Source of the DNA: Sedimentisphaerales bacterium
GTDB lineage: Bacteria; Planctomycetota; Phycisphaerae; Sedimentisphaerales; SM23-30
Length of the DNA stretch: 64,000 nt
Assembly: GCA_963663805.2 (NCBI GenBank)
Contig: CAXXMR010000009.1
Coordinates: forward strand, 352,001-416,000
Direction: 5' to 3'
The notes beneath the pieces were generated by a model, which worked only from the letters and a program-made list of their open reading frames with translations, made no database searches and was not told the origin of the DNA. Both the position numbers and the translations under genes were made by a program. Within the stretch, counting starts at the first letter, position 1. The number at the start of each line of letters is the position of its first letter. This document shows, piece after piece, positions 29,816 to 40,194 of the stretch.

Positions 29816-31372
29816 TCAAGGGGTGATGCTGTTGTCTTGCATCCAATACTCTGCCATGGTTGCGAAATCTGTCAGGTCAACCTTGCAATCATCGTTGCTA
29901 TCAAATTCCAGACCGCCGCACTGCCAATCCGTCAGAGATGCGATACCTGCCTGGTAGTTTGCCAGAACTTCATCCGCATAGAGCAAACGGTCGTACACTC
30001 GCACCAAAGCGACTTCGGCGATAAGACTTTGGTCACTGCGGAACGTACCAATCTGCGGAGCGACCTGCGGGAAGTAGAAATCGTCTATAGCACTTGCCGC
30101 CAGTGTACGCACGCCGTGGGTGTCCTTAATACCGTTTACATACCAGTCATGGTTAATGCTGATTTGACTAGAGGAGTTGTATTCAGCTGCGTATTTCACA
30201 AATACAATTTGGGTCCATTCGGTTGTGCTGTAGTCATTGACAAATGATCCCAGGTAATGTAACGTGCCCGTCAGTGCGGTTTCAGCGGTTTCGTTGTCAC
30301 GCTGCAGGAATGCCGGAGCCCATTTGCCCGAAGTATTGCAGCGTACCCCAAAACGCCAGCCGGTTTCAGCACCATCGACATTGCCGATGATAATGCTCTT
30401 GATCTTGCTGTTCGGGATTAACGCCGGAACCCGTACCCAAGCTTCGATGGTACACCAGCCGGTATCGACGACACTAAAGTCAGAATAATCGCCAATATTG
30501 ACGACCTGGTCATAACCACCGGCCGGGGGATAGAAACGATAGAACCAGTTATAAGTATCATCGCCGTTATCTTCAACGTTCAGGGCCGGACTGTCAATCA
30601 GCTCGCCTGTGCCGGAACCGATAATCGGCGGCCAGTAATAATCCGCCATATCGCCGGCGTGAGCTGCGTTAATTTCAAAAATTAGATTGTCTGAGATAAC
30701 AGCCTTGCTGAATTTTCTATCGGTTGGTGTGAACGAGGCATCATCAGTCCAGCAAATGGCATCGATACGGGCATTGCCGCTGTTGCCTTCGCGTTCATTG
30801 ATACGAAAAACAATCTTACCTTCACTGTCAACCGCAAATTCCTTGGGTACCCCACCCGAAGAAGCATCAATACCAATCCAGCGCCACATGCCCGGCCCCA
30901 CCGCTTCGGCGGTTGCCAGGTCATTGCAGAGCATATCATCGGCATCATCAACCCCGGCAATCGCCGTGTCATACCAGGTCGCACCCGAGCCGTCGCCCGA
31001 ATCACCTTTGACCAGCAGGAAATCAGCTTCCTCGGCATCGACCACCGGCTGATTCACCCGAACCCAGCAATACCAGGTTCCCGTCAAATCAACATTCGGG
31101 TCGCTGACAACCTGAGTATCAGCCGAATCAATTGAATACTCCGCCCACCACTGGTCGATGGTGGTTCTATCTGAGTAGTCCGGGAAATACAAGGCCGAGC
31201 CGCTGGGGTTCAGGGCCTCCTCATCTACCACAAATTCCGTGGTCTTACTGTCGAAGTTCTCAGCTTCTACCCAGATCTGGGTATTGGTCACGCTGTCATG
31301 GGTAACCCAGAAATCCGAGCCGTAAGACACTGCCGCCAGCAGGCAAATAATGATAATTACATTTCTACTCAT
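29816..31372 (-). CDS. Secreted protein: CBM-like domain + LamG + EF-hand/dockerin-like tail
   Basis: Signal peptide; WVEAENF...ARIDAI (CBM6/35-like pattern); TIEAWVR LamG; tail DSNDDCKVDLTDFA...YWM. Confidence 0.75.
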   Translation of the reverse strand: MSRNVIIIICLLAAVSYGSDFWVTHDSVTNTQIWVEAENFDSKTTEFVVDEEALNPSGSALYFPDYSDRTTIDQWWAEYSIDSADTQVVSDPNVDLTGTWYCWVRVNQPVVDAEEADFLLVKGDSGDGSGATWYDTAIAGVDDADDMLCNDLATAEAVGPGMWRWIGIDASSGGVPKEFAVDSEGKIVFRINEREGNSGNARIDAICWTDDASFTPTDRKFSKAVISDNLIFEINAAHAGDMADYYWPPIIGSGTGELIDSPALNVEDNGDDTYNWFYRFYPPAGGYDQVVNIGDYSDFSVVDTGWCTIEAWVRVPALIPNSKIKSIIIGNVDGAETGWRFGVRCNTSGKWAPAFLQRDNETAETALTGTLHYLGSFVNDYSTTEWTQIVFVKYAAEYNSSSQISINHDWYVNGIKDTHGVRTLAASAIDDFYFPQVAPQIGTFRSDQSLIAEVALVRVYDRLLYADEVLANYQAGIASLTDWQCGGLEFDSNDDCKVDLTDFATMAEYWMQDNSITP

Positions 31373-31834
31373 GGGATTCTCCTTTTCTGTTACATCGGTA
31401 ATAGTTTCGCCATTCTTTGGCCAGTCTCAATATACAAATATTATCGACCCTTATTCAATGCACTTTTTGTTCGTTTTTTTGACTATTCCTTTTAAGTTGA
31501 AATTGGCTCAACTTGCCCCACAATCCGTAATAATTGAGCTAACGCAGGGTGAGACGCTTGTAACATGCTGTTTTGCAGTATGTAATGATTTATTCGCGAT
31601 AATGAGGGTTTGGTTTTGGGTAATTGCGAAGATATTGATTTAGTTTATCCTTTCACGATTTAGTACTATCGCCCTGGCTGGTACGCGGGGGGAATTTATC
31701 GGGTCAATTCAAAAGTAAAGGTCAAAAGCTAAGGAGCAATATATATTGTTTTTTTCCCCGATTGGGCTTAATTTGACTGGAAAGCACCTGCCATGTGCGA
31801 ATTAACAGCATCTTTTTCTGGAAAGGCTCGATTT

Positions 31835-33430
31835 ATGAAAAAAAGTATCCTTATTCTGATAGTTCTTTGTTTGGCCAATTCTTTTAGCTGGGCCGATAAA
31901 CCCCCTTATAAAGTTCTGTATAGCAATGACACCACCAATATTCTCACCGCCGAAAGCCCTTTCCACAAAGAAGGCCAACCTATCAACATGGGTATGCTCG
32001 ATGCCGTCGTCGATGAAACCGCCGGTATCGGCATTGATGTCCACATGCTTCAGCCGGGTTTCACCTGGGTTCCGTTCTGGCAGAGCAAGGTCCTGCCGGT
32101 CGAAGAACACGTTAAATGGTGGAACGAAACCTATCCCGGCCGCGGCGTTTCCGGCTATCTGCAAATGGTACTTGATGGGCATGATTTTATCAGAGATTTC
32201 GTCAAACGCTGCAACGAGAAAGGCCTGACACCTTTCGTTTCCCTGCGACTTAACGATAAGCACCTTCTAAACGAAATCGATGACCCTCTGCACGAAGGCC
32301 GTTCGGTTCATATCAGCAAATTCTATATGGACCATCTGGATTATCGCATCAGCGACGACAAAAACGACCAGTATCAGCGAGTACACAATTGGGCCATTCC
32401 TGAAGCACGCGAGTATAAATATGCTTTTATCGAGGAAATCTGCGAAAACTACGATATCGCCGGCCTGGAACTGGATTTTATGCGTCATCCCAGTTTTTTC
32501 CGGATTTATGAAACCACCAGCCAGGAACGCCGCGACATTATGGTGAATTTTGTCAGTCGGGTACGTAAACTGCTGGACCGTACCACCCAACCGGGTCAGC
32601 ATCGCTGGCTGGGCGTACGTGTGCCGCAATATATAGATTGCCACGATATTCTCGGTATCGACCTGCCCGCGTTCGCAGAAGCCGGCGTTGATATGTTTAA
32701 CGTCTCAGCCTATTTCTTCACCGACCAGCAGGGCGATTTAGCCGAGATTGCCAGGTTGATACCCAACGCTGCCAAATATCTGGAGATGACCCATTGTGCC
32801 GCCGTGGGCCAGACCGTCGCCAAGGGGATAGACAATTTTTCTTTCCGACGCACCACCGATGAGCAGTTCTACACCACCGCCCACCTGGCCTATTCCTACG
32901 GGTTCGACGGCATCAGCGTCTTTAATTTCGCTTATTACCGCAAGCACGGCGTGGGCGACCGCGGCAAGTTCACCGAGCCGCCTTTCCATATCTTCAAGCA
33001 TATTGGCGACAAAGATTGGGTCGCCCGGCAGAAGCAGCATTATTTCATCGGTAAGGTCTGGAACCATCCCCGCCATCCTTATATGCCCCTCTCGCAGCGG
33101 CTGGAAAGGGGCAGGTATTTAACTTTCCATCTTAATCTCGTTCCGCCCACCGGCGGCTGGACCCAGGACGCCCGCTTGAGACTGCAAGCCGAACAATCCT
33201 GGGAAGGCCGCAAAGTCATCATGCGTTTCAACAACACTCATCTCAAAACCACGCGTGATGTCTCTGAACCCTATGCAACCCCATACGAGTCCGGCATCGG
33301 CATCCCCGAACAGTATATCGCTTATAGCGTGCCGAAAAACCTGCTCAGCCCCGGCGTAAATCAAATCGAAATATCACTCGGCAGCGATGAACCCTGCGAC
33401 TTGATATATCTGGACCTCGCCGCGGAATAG
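31835..33430 (+). CDS. Secreted putative glycoside hydrolase (GHL10-like)
   Basis: Signal peptide MKKSIL..SWA; YSNDTTN, YDIAGLELDFMR and FNFAYYR shared with 26018-28570. Confidence 0.75.
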   Translation: MKKSILILIVLCLANSFSWADKPPYKVLYSNDTTNILTAESPFHKEGQPINMGMLDAVVDETAGIGIDVHMLQPGFTWVPFWQSKVLPVEEHVKWWNETYPGRGVSGYLQMVLDGHDFIRDFVKRCNEKGLTPFVSLRLNDKHLLNEIDDPLHEGRSVHISKFYMDHLDYRISDDKNDQYQRVHNWAIPEAREYKYAFIEEICENYDIAGLELDFMRHPSFFRIYETTSQERRDIMVNFVSRVRKLLDRTTQPGQHRWLGVRVPQYIDCHDILGIDLPAFAEAGVDMFNVSAYFFTDQQGDLAEIARLIPNAAKYLEMTHCAAVGQTVAKGIDNFSFRRTTDEQFYTTAHLAYSYGFDGISVFNFAYYRKHGVGDRGKFTEPPFHIFKHIGDKDWVARQKQHYFIGKVWNHPRHPYMPLSQRLERGRYLTFHLNLVPPTGGWTQDARLRLQAEQSWEGRKVIMRFNNTHLKTTRDVSEPYATPYESGIGIPEQYIAYSVPKNLLSPGVNQIEISLGSDEPCDLIYLDLAAE

Positions 33431-33472
33431 AAAGATAGTTCCGTAAAACAGGCTTTGTGATAAAACATATTT

Positions 33473-34648
33473 CTAGTTGTTTTGGGCGTATTCGTGGGAG
33501 TATTTTTTGCGATACGCCAGCGGAGTCATGCCGGTTTCCTGCCGGAAGTAGCGGGCGATATGCGTTATATCACGATAGCCGAACGCCAGGCCGATCTGGG
33601 CGATGGTCAGGTCGGTTTCCAGCAGCATTTTTGTGATGTGTTTCACCCGTACGCGTCTGATTTCGTCATTGACGGTGGTATTCAGGATTTTTTTGAATCT
33701 TCGTTCCAGCGACCGACGTGATATGCCCAGTGAATTTATTATATCTTCCACCTGAATAGGTTCTTTGGCGTGTTTTGAGATAAAATTCAACGCCGCGGCC
33801 AGGTCATCATCCTCGACTTTGAGAATATCGGTGGATTGTCTGGTAACAACATAGGTCGGCAGAACTTTGATGGTTTTGTAGCCGGTCTCGCTGCCGTTGA
33901 TAAGATTCGCCAAAAGATGGGCCGCGTCAAATCCGGCTTTTTCCGCGGCCAGACCGATACTCGACAGGGGTGGATTTGACAGGCCGCAAACGAACTGGTC
34001 ATTATCGACTCCCAGCACCGCGACTTCTTCCGGCACTCTTATGCCTGCCACCTGACAGGCGCTTAGAACATGCTGGCCTCTGTCATCGTTACAAGCCAGA
34101 ATAGCCATGGGTTTGGGCAGTGATTCCAGCCAGCTGATAATCTGCGGCTGTTCATCTTCCGGATTTTGTCTTTGCGACGCTTTGGGGTTATGATAAAAAT
34201 AAACCTCATAGCCATATCGACTCACTGACGCAGCAAAGCTTTGGCCTCTCTCCTGTGACCAGTGCATTTCATCGAATCCGCAAAAAGCGTATTTCTGGAA
34301 CCCGCGACTGAGCAGATATTCCGCGGCCATCTCACCGATGGCATAAGAATCGCCGTAGATATTGGGCAGGTCCATAATTCTTTTTTTGTGAGCAATGGTT
34401 ATGGTGGGAATGCCCGAAGGAAGACGACTGCGGGCACGTTTGTTATTCGGGATTCTGGCGATAATGCCGTCCGCCTCACTGCAATCCAGTTGAGGCAGAA
34501 TTCGGTCCTGCTGTCCCGGTCTTTTGGGTTCGCAGTAGAACGTCCACGGTCCGTGCTGGTTCGCGTACTTGACCACGCCGCGTAGGATTCCCTGGATATA
34601 TTCTCCCACGGGGCCAACCATCAGCACAACTTTAGGGATTTTGGGCAT
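33473..34648 (-). CDS. XylR-type regulator (LacI-like sensor + AraC HTH)
   Basis: LPKPMAILACNDDRG, VPEEVAVLGVDND, RQSTD, SRRSLERRF and GMTPLAYR motifs. Confidence 0.93.
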   Translation of the reverse strand: MPKIPKVVLMVGPVGEYIQGILRGVVKYANQHGPWTFYCEPKRPGQQDRILPQLDCSEADGIIARIPNNKRARSRLPSGIPTITIAHKKRIMDLPNIYGDSYAIGEMAAEYLLSRGFQKYAFCGFDEMHWSQERGQSFAASVSRYGYEVYFYHNPKASQRQNPEDEQPQIISWLESLPKPMAILACNDDRGQHVLSACQVAGIRVPEEVAVLGVDNDQFVCGLSNPPLSSIGLAAEKAGFDAAHLLANLINGSETGYKTIKVLPTYVVTRQSTDILKVEDDDLAAALNFISKHAKEPIQVEDIINSLGISRRSLERRFKKILNTTVNDEIRRVRVKHITKMLLETDLTIAQIGLAFGYRDITHIARYFRQETGMTPLAYRKKYSHEYAQNN

Positions 34649-34822
34649 TTCAGCGTCCTATAAAGCCAAATTTTGCTCATTTACAGATATTTTAACAGAA
34701 AAAGAAAGTCAACGGAAGCGGTATTGTCGTTTTTTAGAAAAAATCTGGCTCCGGAGAATCGGTGATTACAGGCGAATATGCCCGATAGTAGCCTTGAAAT
34801 TCACGATAATACAGGTGTTGTG

Positions 34823-34888
34823 CCGCAAAATGGCGATGAAAACCCGCAATGTGGCGTTGTTATGAGCCCTTTGCTCAGGTAATATAAT
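34823..34888 (+). promoter_or_regulatory. Probable XylR/AraC-activated promoter
   Basis: Direct repeats CCGCAAAATGGCG (34823) and CCGCAATGTGGCG (34844), 21 bp period, upstream of TATAAT (34883-34888). Confidence 0.6.
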
Positions 34889-35052
34889 AAACGACTTGAG
34901 TCCTGAGCTGTAGCTGCTGTGACAGGCAATTGTCTGAGTTTGGCAAGTGAATTAGCTTCGTGTTTGAAACAGCCGATGAACTAAATGGTTTTCCGGAAGC
35001 CATTTTGACATCGGGCAGTAAGGAAAAATCAATACCTTTGGAGGAAATGATT

Positions 35053-35841
35053 ATGGATTTGAGAAAATCATCGTTTTACGTAATTGTGCTTTGTACGTTG
35101 CTTTTGAGCATCAGTTCAACTCAGGCTGCCTGGGTCTTCTGGAGCAACGATTCGCCCAGCGGCAATTTATGGTCCGATGCTGCGAACTGGACCGCGACGC
35201 CCACCGGCGGTGATGATGTGGTGGTCGGTCGCGACCATGCCAATGGTGCATTGGTAAATGCCGGCACTGCCGCGGCTGGTAACTGGATTCATATCAGTTC
35301 CAGCGAAACGGGTGGGTCACTGCTTACCGTCGAAGGCGGTACGGTCACTTGCGACCATTTCATCGTTGGTGAAAACTGGGACTTAGCCCAGCAGGGAACC
35401 CTCAATATGACGGGTGGTACGATTAGTGCCAACCTGCTCATGATTGGCGGTGGTACCAGCGGCACCAATGGTGCAGGTACTGTTAATGTCAGCGGCGGCA
35501 CTATCAACCTTGGTTGGATGCTGGCTCTGGGCGGCGGCTATAACGGCGTGACCGGTAACGGCAGTGGTACTTTGAATATTACCGGCGGAACCGTCAATGC
35601 TTTGGGCGGCGGCTCACTGGTAATGTCCGACAACGGGACTGTCAACATCGCTGGCGGAACACTCGTACTGGCTGGTGAAGTTACCGACGTGACTGTATAC
35701 GGCAATGTAATCGCCAATGGCGGCACGGGAAGTTTCGCCTATGACTTTGATGGTTCTAATACCGCTATTACCGCGGTTCCTGAACCCGCTACTGTTGTAC
35801 TGCTGGGTTTGGCAGGAGTGTTGTTACGTAAACGCAAGTAA
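35053..35841 (+). CDS. Gly/Thr-rich PEP-CTERM protein (beta-helix-like repeats)
   Basis: GGAGG RBS; signal peptide; WSDAANW; repeats GTLN(M/I)TGGT; C-terminal VPEPAT, TM segment, RKRK. Confidence 0.9.
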   Translation: MDLRKSSFYVIVLCTLLLSISSTQAAWVFWSNDSPSGNLWSDAANWTATPTGGDDVVVGRDHANGALVNAGTAAAGNWIHISSSETGGSLLTVEGGTVTCDHFIVGENWDLAQQGTLNMTGGTISANLLMIGGGTSGTNGAGTVNVSGGTINLGWMLALGGGYNGVTGNGSGTLNITGGTVNALGGGSLVMSDNGTVNIAGGTLVLAGEVTDVTVYGNVIANGGTGSFAYDFDGSNTAITAVPEPATVVLLGLAGVLLRKRK

Positions 35842-35855
35842 ATTGAATCAGGAAC

Positions 35856-35890
35856 GTTCGGGGAGCTTCGGTTCCCCGAACACACTTTTT
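35856..35890 (+). terminator. Strong hairpin / leaky terminator after the PEP-CTERM gene
   Basis: GTTCGGGGAGC-TTCG-GTTCCCCGAAC followed by ACACTTTTT. Confidence 0.7.
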
Positions 35891-35939
35891 GAAGTTGGTT
35901 GGTAAAGAAGAGATTAAAAAAAAATGACGCAGGAGATAT

Positions 35940-37400
35940 ATGATGAATAAGTTTTCGCTGGTTTTATTATTGCTGGCATTGATGGCAGGTTATGTTCACG
36001 CTGACTATGCCTGGCAGGAAAAATTCGACCCCATCAAAGCGACCTGGGATGAAATTTCCGCGACCTGGACCGATACCGCCGGCGGCACCGCGATTTTAAC
36101 CGAAAATGACCCCGTTAATGACTACGGCAAAGTCGATTCCGAAATTATTACCGTAAACCTTTCTGCCTTTCCGATGCTGGTAGTCAGTTCGATCGCGGTT
36201 GATACCGATTGCAGCTATACCGTCCAGATTCAGGAAGAGGGCGGCACCTATGCTTCCCAGAATGTCCTGACCGGTATTTGGGGCAGTGGCGTTCAGTATG
36301 TCAATATCGCCGATGTGATGGGTTGGTCCGGCACCAAGACCTTCAAAATTAGTATCTGGATCGCCGGTGAAGGCAAAACTGTTACGTTCGACCTCATCGA
36401 GTTGCGGGCGGAAAATCCCGTGGTCTGGCAGGAAGATTTCGACCCCATCAAAACAACCTGGCTCGATAACGGTGCCACCTGGAGCGACCCCAATAATTTC
36501 TCCGGCACGCTGGGCAAACTCACCGAAAGTGACGCCGTAAATTTCTACGGCAGTACCGAATCCGAAACTATTACTCTTGATATGGACATTTATTCCGAGT
36601 TGGTGATAAGAAGCGTTGATGTCAACTCCAGCAGTGCCTATTTGGTAGGTATCCAGGAGCAGGGCGGTGCGGGCATCTATCAGGATATGACAACCTATAT
36701 CGAGCAATCCGGGACACAGATTGTCAATATTGCCGATATGCTCGGCTGGACCGGTCAGAAATCATTCCGCATAGTTATCTGGATGAGCGGCGAGAGTAAA
36801 TCAGCTGTTTTTGACTACATCGAAATACGCCGTCCCCAGGCCATCCCCGCCTGGCAGGACAACCTTGACCCCGTCAAATATACCTGGTATGAATTCGGCG
36901 CCTACTGGGACGACATTAACGGTCCCGAAGCGATCCTGACCGAAGACAACCTGGGTGTAGCCTACGGCAAGGTCGAATCTGAATCCTTACTCGTAGACCT
37001 CAATGAATACCCCATACTCGCGGTGCGTTCTACGGCGATTGATGCCGGTGCCAAGTACAGCATTGGTTTGCAGGGACAGGCTTCGCCCTGGCCTTACGTG
37101 TCGCTGGTTGACTATCAGCCTGAACCGGCTGAGCACGCGTTTAATATTCTGGAAGAAACCGACTGGACCGGTCAGCAGTTCTTCAGGATTGTCATCTGGA
37201 TAGACGGCGAAATGAAAGGAGCGACTTTCGACATGATCCAGTTACGTCAGCTTTGTGGCCGCTCGGTTGTACCCGGCGACTATTCGGACGATTGCTACGT
37301 TGACCTTTACGATTTGGCCGTAATCGCCTCCGATTGGCTTGGAGTTTACGATGCCGATGACCTGACCGAAATGGCCGGCAACTGGCTGGGGGCAAACTAA
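35940..37400 (+). CDS. Secreted protein with three ~140 aa repeats and an EF-hand/dockerin-like tail
   Basis: WQEKFDPIKATW / WQEDFDPIKTTW / WQDNLDPVKYTW, each followed by LTE, YG..S, W.G...F.I.IW and FD.I; tail GDYSDDCYVDLYDLAVIASDWL. Confidence 0.85.
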   Translation: MMNKFSLVLLLLALMAGYVHADYAWQEKFDPIKATWDEISATWTDTAGGTAILTENDPVNDYGKVDSEIITVNLSAFPMLVVSSIAVDTDCSYTVQIQEEGGTYASQNVLTGIWGSGVQYVNIADVMGWSGTKTFKISIWIAGEGKTVTFDLIELRAENPVVWQEDFDPIKTTWLDNGATWSDPNNFSGTLGKLTESDAVNFYGSTESETITLDMDIYSELVIRSVDVNSSSAYLVGIQEQGGAGIYQDMTTYIEQSGTQIVNIADMLGWTGQKSFRIVIWMSGESKSAVFDYIEIRRPQAIPAWQDNLDPVKYTWYEFGAYWDDINGPEAILTEDNLGVAYGKVESESLLVDLNEYPILAVRSTAIDAGAKYSIGLQGQASPWPYVSLVDYQPEPAEHAFNILEETDWTGQQFFRIVIWIDGEMKGATFDMIQLRQLCGRSVVPGDYSDDCYVDLYDLAVIASDWLGVYDADDLTEMAGNWLGAN

Positions 37401-37509
37401 GCATGAATCGTGTTCGGGCAGGGCTTCTAGTGATGTCCTGTCCGGGCAACTAAAATGATTGATTATTATTTCGGTATCGCATAAAATGAAATTACCTGGG
37501 AGTAACGCT

Positions 37510-38319
37510 ATGAATCATCGCAAAGGTTTCACGCTGGTTGAGTTGTTGGTCGTCGTCGCGATTATCGCCCTGCTGGTCTCCATCTTGCTGCCCGCTATCG
37601 GCAAGGCACGCGAGTCCGCCAAAGCCGTCGTGTGCAGCACCAGCATGAAATCCCTGATAACCGGCTGGGTCGCCTACGCTTTGGAAAATAACGACACCAT
37701 GGTCCCCGCCTTTACTTATCGCAGCGACTGGGACATCACTTGGCAGAACGAAAGTACCTGGGTCTGGTCGCCCACCATTGTCGGCACCAAAGATTCCGTA
37801 CCTTACCCCTTTGCCGATGGCAGACCCACCGCCGAAGAACGAGCCGAAGGAATAGAAAGAGGTTCACTCTTTCAGTATGTCCCCGATGTCAAAGTCTATC
37901 GCTGCCCCAGTGACAAAAGCGAATACCTCCGCAGCTATTCGATAGTAGATTACCTCAACGGTCGTCAGAATTACATCCAGCCAAGTTTCAGACGCTGGCG
38001 GTCTTTTGTCAAAATGACTGATATTGGCGCCCCCGCCTCCCGCTACGTTTTCATTGAGGAACACGACAGCCGTAACTACAATATGGACTCCTGGGAATTC
38101 AATCCCAACGACGATAAATGGTACGACCCGCTTTCGATGTGGCACGGTCGGAGGAGCAGCCTGGCCTTTGTCGATTGCCACGTCGAACAGAAGCAATGGT
38201 CAGACGAAACCGCCGATTTCTTCCGTAATTATAAAGTTGGTGTTACCCCGCCTTTGCAGCCGATTACAGCCGAAGGCATCGATGATTTGGATTATATGAA
38301 ACGCGGCTGGGCCAAGTAG
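37510..38319 (+). CDS. DUF1559-type prepilin N-terminal cleavage/methylation protein
   Basis: [51 protein letters not shown] (H-X9-DG variant). Confidence 0.92.
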   Translation: MNHRKGFTLVELLVVVAIIALLVSILLPAIGKARESAKAVVCSTSMKSLITGWVAYALENNDTMVPAFTYRSDWDITWQNESTWVWSPTIVGTKDSVPYPFADGRPTAEERAEGIERGSLFQYVPDVKVYRCPSDKSEYLRSYSIVDYLNGRQNYIQPSFRRWRSFVKMTDIGAPASRYVFIEEHDSRNYNMDSWEFNPNDDKWYDPLSMWHGRRSSLAFVDCHVEQKQWSDETADFFRNYKVGVTPPLQPITAEGIDDLDYMKRGWAK

Positions 38320-38365
38320 TATAATTGGTTGACAACGATTCTCATTCATCAGGATATTTTGCCGC

Positions 38366-40159
38366 GTGAATATGCACATCATTGATATTTCGATTTTGAT
38401 TGGCTATCTGGTAGTTATTGTAATTGCCGGTTGCCTGGTCTCTCGCCGCGCCGCCCAAAACGTCGATTCCTATTTCCTCGGCGGCAACAGCATCCCCTGG
38501 TACATCCTGGGCATCTCCAACACCTCCAGTATGTTCGACATTACCGGTACGATGTGGCTGGTGTACCTGCTCTTCGCCTACGGCCTCAAAAGCGCCTGGA
38601 TACCCTGGCTCTGGCCTACCTTCAATCAGGTCTTCGCTATGGTTTACCTGTCAGTTTGGCTCCGCCGCTCAAATGCTCTGACCGGCGCCCAATGGATTAC
38701 CACCCGTTTCGGACAGGGCCGCGGCGCGACACTGTCCCATATAAGCGTTGTTGTTTTCGCGCTGGTTTCCGTAATCGGTTTTATGAGTTACGCCTTTCAG
38801 GGCATCGGAAAATTCGCCGCGGTTTTCCTGCCCTGGGATTTGTCGCCCAACACCTACGCGGTAATCTTCATGTCTATAACCACCATTTACGTTATTGTCG
38901 GCGGTATGTACAGCGTGGTAATGACCGATGTCATTCAGTATATAATCATGACCGCAATTTCGTTTGTGGTCGGCTGGATCGCCATCACCAAAACCACTCC
39001 CGAAGCAATCAGCGCCGCGGTGCCCAACGGCTGGCACGATTTATTTTTCGGCTGGAAGCTTGATATGGACTGGTCTAGCCTTATCGGTTCATTAAACGGC
39101 AAGATGGCCGGCGATGGTTTTTCAATTTTCGGCCTGTTCTTTATGATGGTACTGTTCAAAGGCATTCTCGCCAGCATGGCCGGGCCTTGTCCCAACTATG
39201 ATATGCAGCGGGTTTTATCCACCAAAAGCCCTCGCGAGTCAGCCCTGATGAGCTGGTTCGTCTCGGTCGTCCAGTTCATCCCACGCTATATGATGATTAC
39301 CGGTATTACCGTGCTGGCTCTGGTCTATTTCAGTACCGACCTTAACAATATGGGCGACAAGGTGGATTTCGAGCAGATTCTACCCTACATAATCAACAAC
39401 TTTTTGCCTGTCGGTGTGGTGGGGCTCATGCTCGCTGGATTGCTGGCAGCCTTTATGAGTACGTTCGATTCAACCGTAAACGCCGGTGCCGCCTATCTCG
39501 TCGTTGACATCTACCAGCGTTATATCAACAAGAACGCGCCCGCCCGACGTTACATTTACGCCAGTTATGTTTGCACAATAATAATTGTTATTGTCGGTAT
39601 CGCCTTTGGCTTTATGACCAAGTCGATCGGTTCGGTAACCATGTGGATTGTTGCCGGTCTTTTCGGCGGCTATCTCGCCCCCAATATCCTCAAATGGTAC
39701 TGGTGGCGGCTCAACGGTTACGGTTATTTCGCCGGTATGATTTCCGGTGTCGCGGCCGCTTTGGTTTTTCCCGCGGCTTTTTCCGATATGTCAGCTCTGG
39801 ATAGTTTTCCCTTCATCCTGCTAATCAGCGGCATCGGCTCAGTACTGGTAAGTCTGCTGACTCCGCCCGACGATTACGAAGTTTTGAAAGATTTCTATCG
39901 CCAGGTTCGCCCCTGGGGATTCTGGGCACCAATCCACAAAATGGTAAGCGAAGAGACCCCGGATTTTAAGCGAAACATGAATTTCAAACGCGATATGATA
40001 AATGTCGCCGTCGGAATAATCTGGCAGTTCAGCCTCGGCCTAATCGCGATTTATGTAGTCCTGCGCGATTTCAAAGCCCTGGCCATAACCTTAGCGGTTA
40101 CTTTTATTACATCAATATTCTTGAAAAAGAATTGGTATGACAAACTGGAAACCGAATAG
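38366..40159 (+). CDS. Sodium:solute symporter of the type found in mannan loci
   Basis: YFLGGN, MFDITGTMW, PWLWP, LAAFMSTF and LKWYWWRLNG motifs; multiple TM helices. Confidence 0.9.
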   Translation: MNMHIIDISILIGYLVVIVIAGCLVSRRAAQNVDSYFLGGNSIPWYILGISNTSSMFDITGTMWLVYLLFAYGLKSAWIPWLWPTFNQVFAMVYLSVWLRRSNALTGAQWITTRFGQGRGATLSHISVVVFALVSVIGFMSYAFQGIGKFAAVFLPWDLSPNTYAVIFMSITTIYVIVGGMYSVVMTDVIQYIIMTAISFVVGWIAITKTTPEAISAAVPNGWHDLFFGWKLDMDWSSLIGSLNGKMAGDGFSIFGLFFMMVLFKGILASMAGPCPNYDMQRVLSTKSPRESALMSWFVSVVQFIPRYMMITGITVLALVYFSTDLNNMGDKVDFEQILPYIINNFLPVGVVGLMLAGLLAAFMSTFDSTVNAGAAYLVVDIYQRYINKNAPARRYIYASYVCTIIIVIVGIAFGFMTKSIGSVTMWIVAGLFGGYLAPNILKWYWWRLNGYGYFAGMISGVAAALVFPAAFSDMSALDSFPFILLISGIGSVLVSLLTPPDDYEVLKDFYRQVRPWGFWAPIHKMVSEETPDFKRNMNFKRDMINVAVGIIWQFSLGLIAIYVVLRDFKALAITLAVTFITSIFLKKNWYDKLETE

Positions 40160-40194
40160 GCGGTTTACGGTAAGCAGTATTTTGGAGAAGTAGT

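Noticed and set aside
34890..35050. Known riboswitch in the cassette 2 leader
   Set aside because: Hairpins are present but I could not match conserved motifs of cobalamin, TPP, SAM, FMN or c-di-GMP classes; an Rfam scan would be needed.
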